Shown in pieces: positions 1 to 11,243 of a DNA stretch of 64,000 nt. Made by a program: the position numbers and the translations under genes. Under the pieces are notes generated by a model. That model was not told the origin of the DNA, searched no databases, and saw only the letters and a program-made list of their open reading frames with translations. The stretch is taken from assembly GCA_036785375.1 (NCBI GenBank), contig JAWMAR010000169.1:248001-312000 (forward strand), given 5' to 3'. Origin of the DNA: Leucoraja ocellata. Taxonomy: Eukaryota. The stretch's first letter is position 1. Each line of letters begins with the position of its first letter.

Positions 1-776
1 CAAATGAATAAGTATCCATTTTGGGATTGCCCTTAACAATCGTAAGTGACAATGGACCCCAATTTGCCTCGCAAATGTTTGGTGACTGGTGCAAACAACA
101 CTCAATCGTGCATCTGACATCAGCACCTCTTCATCCACCCTTAAATGGTGAGGCAGAGCGGCTCGTCAGCGTTTTCAAGCAGGCCATGAAACGTGCTGTA
201 GGAATCTAAAAGAAATTAAAATAATTGGCATTGCACGATTTCCTACAGAAATATTGAACTGTTCCAAATTGCACTACCGGTCGAACTCCAGCGGAGATGA
301 TGCTCAGACGTCAAGTGCGCTCTCCCATATCAGTTTTGAACCCGACCCGTAACTCTTATACAGCGCGCACTCAGCTAACAAAGTTGGCCAAGTCCAAATT
401 TGACCTTGGCGACTATGTATATTACCGAGATTATACGGCCAAGCAACGCAAATGGTGCAGTGGCAGGATCATGGCTCACATTGAATCAAAATGTACACTG
501 CCCAAGGACAAGAAAGGCAATGCCGACGGCATGATGACCAATTAAGAAGCCGCGTCCCTCCAGCAAAAACTGCACAGAACCTGACCAGAACCTAGCAGTC
601 GGATACCCCTGAGCTGAATCGTGTGGATACTGGGGTGCCTGACTTTGACAAAGTTCCACCAGACAAACTCCCTGCCGATCTGCCTGTAGTCCTTCATCGA
701 TCGACACGTTGCAATCGTGGTATTCTCCCAAGGCGACTCATTCAGGAATAAAGACATTCAAACTGGAAAGGTGGAG
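1..776 (+). mobile_element. Gypsy-type LTR retrotransposon 3' internal region (degenerate integrase, polypurine tract)
   Basis: ORF 21-209 reads GLPLTIVSDNGPQF...HLTSAPLHPPLNGEAERLV (DDE integrase core). It continues after stops as TTGRTPAEMMLRRQVRS. Purine-rich AACTGGAAAGGTGGAG lies just before the LTR. Confidence 0.9.
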
Positions 777-1061
777 TGTGATGTTTGGTGGACTGTGTGG
801 GGTGGGAGGACCCGTTGCTCCTCCCATGCAGCAGGTGGTGCTGCACAGGACAAAGGGAGATGTTTTGTATATAGTTTTTCCTGTCTGTAGTGTGTGAGGG
901 TGCAGCCATTTGAGTTGTCATTGGGTAAAGCATTAACCATATAACAATTACAGCACAGAAACAGGCCATCTCGGCCCTACAAGTCCGTGCCGATTAAAGA
1001 CTACTGTTGTAAATTGAAGACTCACAAGTTTTGTGCAGACCTAGAAAAAGAACACATAACA
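777..1061 (+). repeat. 3' LTR of the Gypsy element, interrupted by a ~60 bp CR1 3'-tail fragment
   Basis: Starts TGTGATGT right after the PPT and ends ACATAACA (TG..CA, 7/8 inverted match). ATTAAA near 993. Segment ~934-993 is the reverse complement of the CR1 tail at ~11170-11240. Confidence 0.75.
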
Positions 1062-1229
1062 AACCTATGCGTCCTTGGAGTGTGGAAGGGAGGAAATCAG
1101 AGCACCCAGATAAAACTCACATGGTCACAGGGAGATAACACAAAGAGCAGGCAGCACCCGTAGTCAGGATCGAATCCAGGTCTCTGGCACTGAAAGGCGG
1201 CAGCTCTACTCTATGACAATGTGCCACCC
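1062..1229 (-). mobile_element. tRNA-derived V-SINE/HE1-like SINE, 5' half
   Basis: Reverse strand reads GGTGGCACA...GTAGAGCTGCCGCCTTTCAGTGCCAGAGACCTGGATTCGATCCTGAC, the same family as copies at ~19980, ~48450 and ~61840. Confidence 0.75.
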
Positions 1230-1394
1230 CAGTGGATTCTGATTTTAAACTGAGAGTGATTGTCACTGGAAAGAATAAGCTTCTTCAACTGCAGAATATG
1301 AGCTTTGCTTTTATCATTGTGCATAACTGGAGGGAGTAAAACTGGTTGTAAGGAGTTGTGTGAATGATAAATTATAAAAATTTGGTTTGAGTTA

Positions 1395-2227
1395 TCTATA
1401 TTACTAAAAGTCTGATCTTGACCGCTTGTTCCCACTGTGCTGCAATTTCCGAGAGAACGCCGCCACCTACAGCCGTCATTTTTAACCATCTCGCTCAGAG
1501 CCCCCCTCTGCCTTCCGGGTCCGGAGGATTTTTCCCATGGATGTAAAATCAGAGAGAAATTAATGTTTAAAAAAATTCCCCATTCTCTCTGCTGGTGGCA
1601 GGGGAGAGGGGGGACGGACTATAAAACCCGAAAGTGTCGTGCCACACTTGGTCTCTGTCAGACCCAGGAAACGAGAGGGTCATGGCTCTCTGAGCTGTGA
1701 ATAACACTGAGCACACGTTTACTCCACGGTGAGTCCCCTCGATGTGGCTGCAGCCCAATTGTTTGCCTCGCCTTTTTTAAAAGTTTGTGTTCACAAAATG
1801 AATTTTGGTTGTCGGGTGGCTGCAGCCCAATTGTTTGCCTCGCCTTTTTTTGTAAGTTTCTGTTCACAAAATGAATTTTGGTTGTCAGGTGGCTGCTGCC
1901 CAATTGTTTGCCTCACCGTTTTTAAAAGTTTGTGTTCACAAAATGAATTTTGATTGTCGGGTGGCTGCAGCCAAATTGGTTGCCTTGGCTTGGCTTTTAA
2001 AATCGTTGCAACAGTTGGCTGCTAGCCCAAGAATCCATTTGGCCCACAATGTCTATACTAGCCCTGTCTATACTAGCCCTCTTGAAAACAGTACCCTCAG
2101 CCCGCAACACCCATACTAGCGCAATAGAAAGCCCCTCCCCCCCCACTGGCGAGCAATATTGGAATTGGTGGAGAGGTGGAATATTGCGTTGGTGACGCTG
2201 GGACCCAACGGGTCCCACTTAGTCTAG
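1395..2227 (+). mobile_element. Non-autonomous Helitron (copy A)
   Basis: 5' end A|TCTATATTACTAAAAG. 3' hairpin TGGGACCC-AAC-GGGTCCCA (2199-2217) followed by CTAG|T. Inserted between A and T with no TSD. Confidence 0.85.
1744..2000. repeat. 72-73 bp minisatellite (~3.5 copies) inside Helitron A
   Basis: Unit GTGGCTGCAGCCCAATTGTTTGCCTCGCC...CACAAAATGAATTTTGGTTGTCGG starts at 1744, 1816, 1889 and 1961. Confidence 0.95.
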
Positions 2228-2582
2228 TTACGAATAAAAATGTAAAGTCTTTATCTGATTTGTTGTTGATTTTCACCATGAAGCAAAAAAAAAGTAATTG
2301 TATCCTGTGTCACAAGATAAAAGAGTTTTCATGAGTCTGCAATTAACCAGCAGCTGGTGATCCATTTCTGTCTGATAACAGGTCATTCTGTTTTCCTCAT
2401 GGTAAATAAGAAAATGTTTTAAATAGTAAGAAAATCAAGTCATCTGTATACCCATTCATGACAATGAATACCTTCTTCATGGTTTACATTTTTGATTTTG
2501 TTTCGACATCTTTACACATCCATAAACAGGACCATCAAACTTGTTTTAGCCCATGATAATGTATTCCCATCTCAGGGTAGTT

Positions 2583-3247
2583 TAGACAATAGATATAGGT
2601 GCAGGAGTAGGCCATTCGGCCCTTCGAGCCAGCACCGCCATTCACTGTGATCATGGCTAATCATCCACATTCCACACCCACGTTCCTGCCTTCTCACCAT
2701 TTCCCCTGACTCTGCTACCTTTAAGAGCTCTATCTAACTCTCTTTTGAAAGCATCCAGAGAATTGGCCTCCACTGCCTCCTGAGGCAGAGAATTCCACAG
2801 ATTCACAACACTCTGGGTGAAAAGGTTTTTCCTCATCTCCATTCCAAATGGCCTACCCCTTATTCTTAAACTGTGGCCCCTGGTTCTGGACTCCCCCAAC
2901 ATCAGGAACATGTTTCCTGCCTCTAGCATATCTAATCCCTTAATAATCTTATATATTTCAATAAGATACCCTCTCATCCTTCTAAATTCAAGAATATACA
3001 AGTCCAGCCACTCCATTGTATCAACATATGAGAGTCTTGCTATCCTGGGAATTAACCTCGTAAACCTACGCTTCACTCCCTCAATAGAAAGAATGTCCTT
3101 CCTCAAATTTGGAGACCAAAACTGCACACAATACTCCAGGTGTGGTCTTACTAGGGCCATGTGCATCTGCAGAAGGATCTCTTTGCTCCTATACTCAACT
3201 CTTCTTGTTATGAAGGCCAACATGCTATTAGCTTTCTTCACTGCCTG
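2583..3247 (-). mobile_element. CR1 (HER1-like) LINE, 5'-truncated 3' end
   Basis: ORF 2657-3445 contains KQAVKKANSML...[15 protein letters not shown]...SRTRGHSLRI...VVNLWNSLP. Tail of TTGTCTA-type repeats. Confidence 0.92.
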
Positions 3248-4656
3248 TTTGGGGTGGAAGATTGCAACCTTCACGTGGTCCGCCCTGTTTTGACAAGTGC
3301 AATCAACCTGGTGAGCACAATCAAATGAATGAATACGTTTATTGGCCAAGTATTCAAATACAAGGAATTTGCCTTGGTGCTCTGCCTGCAAGTGACAACG
3401 TGACATACAATGACAGTTAAGAATGATACATAAAGCATTAAACATTAATAATTAAACACAATTACACAAACCAATTTAGCCCAATACACGGGGTGTCCTG
3501 GTTAATACGGGACAGTTGGAAATCCTAGTGTCAACATTTTCACACAGAGGATGGTGGGTGCATGCAATGAGCTGCCAGAGGAGGTAGTTGAGGCAGGTAT
3601 TAAAACATTTAAAAGACATTTGGACAGGTACATGAATTGGAAATGTCGAGAGAGAGAGATATGGGGCAAACACAAGCAGGTGGGACTAGTGTAGATGGGA
3701 CACCTAGTTTGGCACAGGTAAGTTGAGCTGATGGATGTTTACGTGCAGTATAACTCTATGCCACTATGCTCATCAAAACCCTCTTACAATGTTGCGATAG
3801 TACCTTCGTAACCCAAACCCAAATATTTGTCATGGGTAATTTTCACTGTGGGATGATAATAAAGCAATGGGGCAAAATTTAATAACTAAATTCTGAAGTA
3901 CCAACAGCCATTTTACATTATTAGATATTGTTTAGATTCATCCCATATTTTAAAGAGTAATAAAGCAAAAATCCATTAAAAATTATTTCACAAACATTGT
4001 CTTTGAGCTCATTAATTTGTTTATTTTGTCTCTGAATGACTTCTGTCTATTTTAATTATGCACATGTATTGGTCTGTGTTTTCCTATTGATAACAAGCAA
4101 ACATCATCAAACAGGCTGAACAATCAATCAGACTCAACATAATTCTTCGGCAGCAAATCAGGAAGTAGAAAATAAACACATGAGCAGGAGCTGAAATATA
4201 TGAGCAAATTCTGCAAGCATTAAACATAACGGGATCTTCTCTGGTTAATCAGAAGTAACAAGATTACACATGCATAAAATTTGTTTTTCCAGGTTAAAGA
4301 TTCAACAGCCTCTAGAATTTGGTCTGCCATTTAAAAATTGAGTTATACCTCAATCGGCAAGGTTAAGCTTGTTTAGTATTATTGACAGAGATTGTGTACA
4401 CAATGTGTTCCACATGTTTTCAATCCCATGTGGAAAGCACCATCTGACTTCAGAATAGCTTCTCCCCTCTGTTATCGGGCTTCTTAACAGTCCTTCCATA
4501 AGCTGGGGTACTTTCCGATTCACTGCTCTATTGATGACATTGGATTTTGTCTATGGAACTGATGCATTAAAATGTGCTACATTGCTGAGAACTATATTCA
4601 CATTCTGTGTCTTTTCCTTTGCTCTATCTATTGTACTTATGATTGTATTTATGATC

Positions 4657-5270
4657 TAGAAACATAGAAAATAGGTGCAGGAGGAGGCCATTCGACCCTT
4701 TTAGCCAATGATTCATTGTGATCATGGCTGATCGTCCCCAATCAATAACCCGTGCCTGTCTTCTACCCATATCCCTTGATTCCACTAGCCCCTCGCGCTC
4801 TATCTAACTCTCTCTTAAATCCATCCAGTGAATTGGCCTCCACTGCCCTCTGTGGCAGGGAATTCCACAAATTCACAACTCTCTAGGTGAAAAAGTATTT
4901 TCTCACCTCAGTCTTAAAATACCTCCCCTTTATTCTAAGACTGTGCCCCCTGGTTCTGGACTCGCCCAACATAGGGAACATTTTTCCTGCATCTAGCTTG
5001 TCCAGTCCTTTTATAATTTTTATATGTTTCTATAAGATGCCCCCTCATCCTTCTAAACTACAGTGAATACAAGCCTAGTCTTTTCAATCTTTCCTCATAT
5101 GACAGTCCCGCCATCCCAGGGGTCAATCTTGTGTACTTACACTGCACTGCCTCAATCACAAGGATGTCCTTCCTCAAATTAGGAGACCAAAACTGTACAC
5201 AATACTCCAGATGTGGCCTCACCAGAGCCCTATACAACTGCAGAAGAACATCTTTACTCCTATACTGAAA
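4657..5270 (-). mobile_element. CR1 LINE 3' fragment
   Basis: Near copy of 2583-3247, ending in a TTTCTATG-type tail. Confidence 0.9.
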
Positions 5271-6025
5271 TTGGGTTTAACAATTTCAAAGGATGGTTGG
5301 GAGGAAAGTCTTTTATATATACATTAATGTTAGGCACTCCCTAATACAATTTAAAATACTGCATAGACTCTATTATTCAAAGTCTAAATTGAACAAGATC
5401 TTCCCAAACGTCTCTCCTATCTGTGATAAATGTCTCCTCCAAGAAGCAACTATAATCCATTCTTTTGTTTCCTGCACAAAATTACAAAACCTCTGGAAGG
5501 GAATTTTTGAAAATACTTTCCAAAATACTTAAAACTAAATTGGATCCCAACATAAAATTGATCACACTAGGCATAACAGATGGCCTGTTCTGAGCTAACG
5601 ATATTTCAAAGACGTTTCCTTAACTATGGCCTAATAATGGCGAAAAAATTAATACTTAAATTTTGGAAACAGACAACAGTCCCTACAGTGAAGATGTGGA
5701 TCACAAATATGTCCGAGACATTACATTTGGAAAATATTAGGCTTGTCTTGGCGGAAAAAACAGATCAACTTCTTTTTTTTTTCTTATTTCTATATCTTTC
5801 TGCCACACTACTTTGGTAGTTTAGGGGAATCTCTTTTCTTCTTCTTCAATCTATCTTTTCATTTTCTACTTTTTTCTTTCTTGCTTTCTTTTTCTTTTCT
5901 TTTTTCATTTTCATAATTTAGATTATAAGGTGAAAAATGAAGCTGTACAATAAGTGTATAATTTTAGATGCCGAATGTTTTATCACTGTACAATTGGTTC
6001 TAATTAAAAAAACTACAAAAAAAAA
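5271..6025 (+). mobile_element. L1-clade LINE 3' end (zinc-knuckle region, T-rich 3'UTR, poly-A)
   Basis: LIQFKILHRLYYS...CDKC...HSFVSC...W (CCHC) and AKKLILKFWK...WITNM. Pyrimidine-rich UTR and an A-rich tail at ~6005-6025. Confidence 0.8.
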
Positions 6026-6199
6026 CTTTCCTGCACTAAAAGACTACCTTATTTATTGATTCATAGAAATCCCTTGCACTAGAACATCTCTTGGTCTCGA
6101 AACAAAATTACCACATCAAATTTCAAAAAGGTGCTGCATATTGTTCAGTTCTGCCTTGTGAATTGACACAAATAAATCATAATCACATTCATAATGATG

Positions 6200-6715
6200 A
6201 TTTATTAGCCAAGTATGTTTTGCAACATGAGGAATTTGATTTGCCATACAGTCATACCAATAAAGAGCACCAAGACACCCAAATACATTTTTAACATGAA
6301 CATCCACCACAATGACTCCTCCACAATCCTCACTGTGATGGAAGGCAAAAAAAGTTAAATCTTCTTCCTTTCTTTGTTCTTCCGCGGTCGGCGCATTCAA
6401 ACCTTCCGTTGTCAGGCCGATCTTGGCTCCCACAACCGGTGGTCAAGCCCTCCACATTGGGGCGATCAAGCTCCCGCACCGGGGGGGGGGGGGGGGGGGG
6501 GATCTCAGTTCCCCCGCGCCGGGCGACTGGACCCTGGGTCGGGACTGGTCGAACCTCATGTGGCTTGGAGCTTCCCGACATCAGTCTCTACCGAAGACTG
6601 CGAGCTCCTCGATGTTGAAATGCGGTTGGAGTGTCGATCCCAGGCAAGGGATCACATGCTCTGATGGTAAGTCCACGGCCCCACGGTGGGGCTTAAAGTC
6701 AGTCTCGAGCTCCAT
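6200..6715 (-). mobile_element. GC-rich non-coding retro-element with a LINE-like 3' tail (related to 17750-18220 and 22835-23777)
   Basis: Shares AACATCCA(C/T)CACA.TGA.TC.CC...CCTCACTGTGATGGAAGGCAAA with the other copies. GC-rich body. Confidence 0.6.
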
Positions 6716-8399
6716 GATGTTAGTCCATAGAGTTGTTGTATTTCTGAAATTACATTTGATACAATGGCGTAATCTACAAGCATTCCCGATGTTGTACTGG
6801 TATTATTGTCCGAGAATGTAGCCGCTGGTATTTTGAATTTTGCAATGCGAGCTCGCCATGCAAAGTATCCCCTGTACAATGTTTCAGTCAAGAACCATAA
6901 CAGCATAGAGTTACTGCATTCTGGGCCTCTATGGGATGTCAATGCTTTTCATAAAGCCGAAAGGTATGACTAAAAGAGACTGTCTCATTTCCTAGGCTGT
7001 TGCAGTATCATTAAAAAACGAAACAACCACAAAGAAAGCAATATCTGTCTGGCATGTTATGCGCTGCACCAGTTATCATGCAATTCATGCAATTTCACCT
7101 GCTTTTTATACAGAGAGCAATCTCTGAAGTATGCAGTATGGAAATAGAGGGATTAAATTTGATGGCACATGAAGATTGCCTAGGGGATTGAGATTCGCGA
7201 TTAACCCTAGGCTATTGATTGTGAAACGTCACAAACGTTTCATGCTGTCTGATTATTGTAATGATTTTAGCATCCAGCCAGCACTAATCAGACTTTTGAT
7301 TGGATGGAGGAACAGCAGGATGCCAATATCATGAGCTGAGCTTCAATTAAAGTTAACCTACACAATTTAAAGGAGACCACCGCTTCAGAGACCATGGTGG
7401 AAAGAGCAGTGAGCTAGCGCTCGATGCAGGGTCAAGTTCTCTGGACTCAGACACTGTTGCAGGAAGTTTAAAGGCATCAAAGTGATGCTGAGGGTACACC
7501 TTGAACTTCCATTTTTTACTGTATGCATAAACAGCTTCAGACACTCCACTTACCTATCAACAATCTCGACCAAATAGACATATACTTAGTATGCAAATCA
7601 TACATAACATTCAGTCCAAGCCATCGCTTCCTTACCGCAGCCACAAACCTTGCACTCACGTATCATATTCTGTACAACGTTGCCATCCATTCATTCATGG
7701 CAGCCACCTTACATAACTAGATTACACAACATTCCCTTCTCTGTCAAAGGATAAGATGGTACACAAATAGAGGGAGCAATGGTTAACTGGAGGGGACAGG
7801 CTTGTATGCTTACCCTACCAATCAGTGAGGGGGAAATGCTGTTCATTGTAAGGATGGTACTGAGGTGACAACATGGGGTAAATCTATTAAAAATGACAGT
7901 ACCTTATGTCTAACTCGCATTTCCAACATCCCCTTAACATTTGGTGTTAGAACTGTAGGTGAACCAAACTTCCACCTTTACATACTCCTTGCATCATAAC
8001 CTTAATGTTGTGACTTTACACTTTAAGCATGATGTTAAAAAGCTCCAAACTAGCTTTACAGGTAAGACACAGAAAGTGCAATCTGCATTGGGTAACCCAC
8101 AAGCCTTTGCTACAGATGATTCAGATTAGCATTTCAATTGAGTCTTAAGAAGGGTTCCAACCCAAAACATCACCTGTTCCTTTACTCCAGAGATGCTGCC
8201 TTTCCTGTTGGGTTACACCACTGTTTTTGTGTCTATCAAAGTATTTTAATTGTTCAGGCTAATGAAGATGACTGCATGTACACAACGAAATGCCTGCCAC
8301 ATTAATGGGCCAAACATAAACCTTGCTTTTGGTGTGAAGAACATTGGAAGGGTCTGAAGATGGCCTGGGATAGAGGTTTAAGCATCCTTTCCTCTCTAG

Positions 8400-9355
8400 A
8401 TCTACAGACCCACCCTAATCAGCTGATGGGGCAGTGTTGCATAAGGACTCTGAGAGCTTATCTTTCCTTTTGTACTGCCATCCAAGCAGGGTGTTGGTTG
8501 TTTTGGGTGACAATGTCCTGCCCAATGTTACCCTCATTCTGATGGCCACCTTTGTGTGTGGCTGCATCAGGATGTGTGTAGAGCCACAGCACATGGGTAC
8601 TTGGTGTTACTACCTGCTGAGGCTCTACCTGTCCCCGGAGTTACGAAGGATGGGCCTGGCGCAGATGCCGCAAAATGTGTCAGTTAGCTAGACACCATCA
8701 TCACCACCATCTTAGGACATCATCTGTCCTTTGTGAAAAGGATCTTCAGCACCAATACCTTAGACCACAAGTCCATCTGGCAGTGGTCAGCGTGGAACAT
8801 CCTGCAGGCACAGCAGGACAAGGACTAGATGGATCCTGTGTCATGGTTCCCTCAGTAGATTGCCCAGCTTGTCTGGTGGAATAACTCATTGCCAGAATTC
8901 ACCAACAAGCATCAACACCTCGCTTGGCAGGCATTGAGGGGATCCCTCCAAGTCAGATCCTTCTTGCATTGTTGGAACCTCACTACCAGCGCACGCTGCC
9001 CTCGGGATGGCTGCTACGGAGAGGAGACAGTTGCCCACCTCATCGCAGAGTGTGGATTTGCAAAGAGAGGCTAGAGAATGATGCAAGAGTCCTTGTCACA
9101 GTTCATCCCAAAAAGCTTAATCACAGAGGACTCTCTGATTTACGGACTGTTCCCAGGGACACATTCAGAGATGGACATCAGGTGCCACTGGAAGGTCATT
9201 AACGGTAAAAGATGCTCTTAGGTCTGCCCGAAACTTGTTGATCACCCAGTGGGGTGAGATGTCCAGCAGGGAATATTTCCAACTGGCCCACTCCAGTACA
9301 TGTTGAGGGATGAACTGAGCTTGATACAGTCAATGGCAAGGCCCTGTGGGGGACC
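8400..9355 (+). mobile_element. Tx1/L1-type LINE ORF2 C-terminal fragment, degenerate
   Basis: LPEFTNKHQHLAWQALRGSL.VRSFLH...ARCPRDGC.GEETVAHLIAEC (CCHC) with frameshifts. Confidence 0.75.
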
Positions 9356-9364
9356 ATCACAGTC

Positions 9365-9840
9365 TACAGTCCTTCAACCAATTCGAACTCTCCTGACTAT
9401 GACGATCTTGTTTCAGCCAAGCCCAGGACTAAGAGATTGTAGCGCACCATTTTGTTGGCAATTGTGGCAGCCTTGCCAGCCTGAAACATGGTTTGGATGT
9501 TCCATGTCCCCACAAGGATGGATTTCTTTGGCGTCAGCGGGTGTGTGAGCTTCCCACCGCCCTTGCGGGTTTGGCGGCAAGCGTCATGATCACCATTGCT
9601 GGGGCACCATCTTCAACCAAGTGTGGAATTTGGTTTTCATTCGTCAATGGTTTTGTAACTCACATTTTTTTCCAGGGTGGGGTAGTTAACCCAATGCCCA
9701 ACCCCCAACCTCGTCTGCCTCCTCATCCGAGACCTGTCCAGTTTGGTTGAACCTGCCAGGAATATGAAACCCCATCCGACATAGCTCTCAGGATCACTGG
9801 AGTACACAAGCCTCTCCTCCACATCAAGGTTGCAGTCCAG
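9365..9840 (-). mobile_element. RTE-clade LINE 5' end (5'UTR plus start of AP endonuclease)
   Basis: Minus-strand translation ILVGTWNIQTMFQAGKAATIANKMVRYNLLVLGLAETR. UTR ...ACCTTGATGTGGAGGAGAGGCTTG...GATCCTGAGAGCTATG resembles Rex3/RTE 5' ends. Confidence 0.75.
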
Positions 9841-10264
9841 GAGAGGTGTAGGCTGATTGGATGAGTTTAACTTGGCATCATTGTCAACACAGGCATCATG
9901 AGTCGAAGGGCCTTCCCAGTGCCGTACACTTCTGTACTCTAAATGTTTTCTGCGATATCTACCATCCTTAATCATGGGATTTCACAGAATGGCTTGGATT
10001 ATAGTTTGGACTATGTCATGTAAAATGGGATGCAGTGACTTTGAAATGGCTGTAATATAATTGAGCACACGCAGTCCTTGTCTCATACTGGAGAATGACA
10101 TATATTCCATGGTTTAAAATTGTGCTTCATCCAAGTTTCCTCAATACCTTCTGGGTTCCATGATGTCTCCTTTATGAACCATTATGAACCATAGGTTTGA
10201 TCAGCATAATTGTGTTTCTTCAAAATCTCCATTGGTGTGGTTAGCTCATTAAGTAGTAAAAAGT

Positions 10265-10472
10265 AGGCATAAAATGCCAGAGTAACTCAGCGGGACAGGC
10301 AGCATCCCTGGAGAGATGGAACGGGTAATGTTTCGGGTCAAGGGCCTTCAGACTGAAGAAGGGTCTCGACCCGAAACATCACCCATTCTTTCTTTCCAGT
10401 GATGCTGCCTGTCCCACTGAGTTACTCCAGCATTTTGTGTCTACCTTCGATTTAAACCAGCATTTCCGACAC
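10265..10472. mobile_element. Penelope-derived mini-element: two inverted pseudo-LTR ends with hammerhead core
   Basis: Inverted arms around ~10350. CTGAAGAAGGGTCTCGACCCGAAAC at 10353. TSD AAGTAGTA(A/G)AAAGT at 10251-10264 and 10473-10486. Confidence 0.8.
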
Positions 10473-10734
10473 AAGTAGTAGAAAGTCACATGATGAAAAT
10501 TTGTGCAAGAGATGGTGAAAACTCTAACAGGTTCAATGCAGGAAATGCTGGAGATATTTTGATTTCATTCAAACTAAATAAGAGAGGTTGAGTTCCAGGA
10601 TTTGGGTTCAAATATTCTCTAAAATCAAATGTGAAGCGCCTTAAACTGAGGTCCAGGAGCAATAATGTTTAGATCCAGATAATATAATGGGACAAAGTCT
10701 GATCTTATATAATGTGACAAAGTCTGGTCAACAA

Positions 10735-11243
10735 AATAGAGAGAGTACAGAGGAGATTTACTAGAATGTTGCCTGGGTTTCAACAACTAAGTTACAGAGA
10801 TAGGTTGAATAAGTTAGGTCTTTATTCTCTGGAGCGCAGAAGGTTAAGGGGGGACTTGATAGAGGTCTTTAAAATGATGAGAGGGATAGACAGAGTTGAT
10901 GTGGACAAGCTTTTCCCTTTGAGAATAGGGAAGATTCAAACAAGAGGACATGACTTCAGAATTAAGGGACAGAAGTTTAGGGATAATATGAGGGGGAACT
11001 TCTTTACTCAGAGAGTGGTAGCGGTGTGGAATGAGCTTCCAGAGGAAGTGGTGGAGGCAGGTTCATTGGTATCATTTAAAAATAAATTGGATAGGCATAT
11101 GGATGAGAAGGGAATGGAGGGTTATGGTATGAGTGCAGGCAGGTGGGACTAAGGGGAAAAAAAGTTGTTCGGCACGGACTTGTAGGGCCGAGATGGCCTG
11201 TTTCCATGCTGTAATTGTTATATGGTTATATGGTTATATGGTT
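10735..11243 (+). mobile_element. CR1 LINE 3' end
   Basis: ORF 10766-11152 LGLYSLERRRLRGDLIEVFK...TRGH...FFTQRVVAVWNELP. (TTATATGG)3 tail. Confidence 0.92.

Noticed and set aside
2817-3293. Antisense ORFs over CR1 copies (also 37524-38336)
   Set aside because: Shadow frames of LINE ORF2.
6652-6963. Open frames on both strands in unique DNA
   Set aside because: No recognisable protein and no convincing splice pair. Treated as non-coding.
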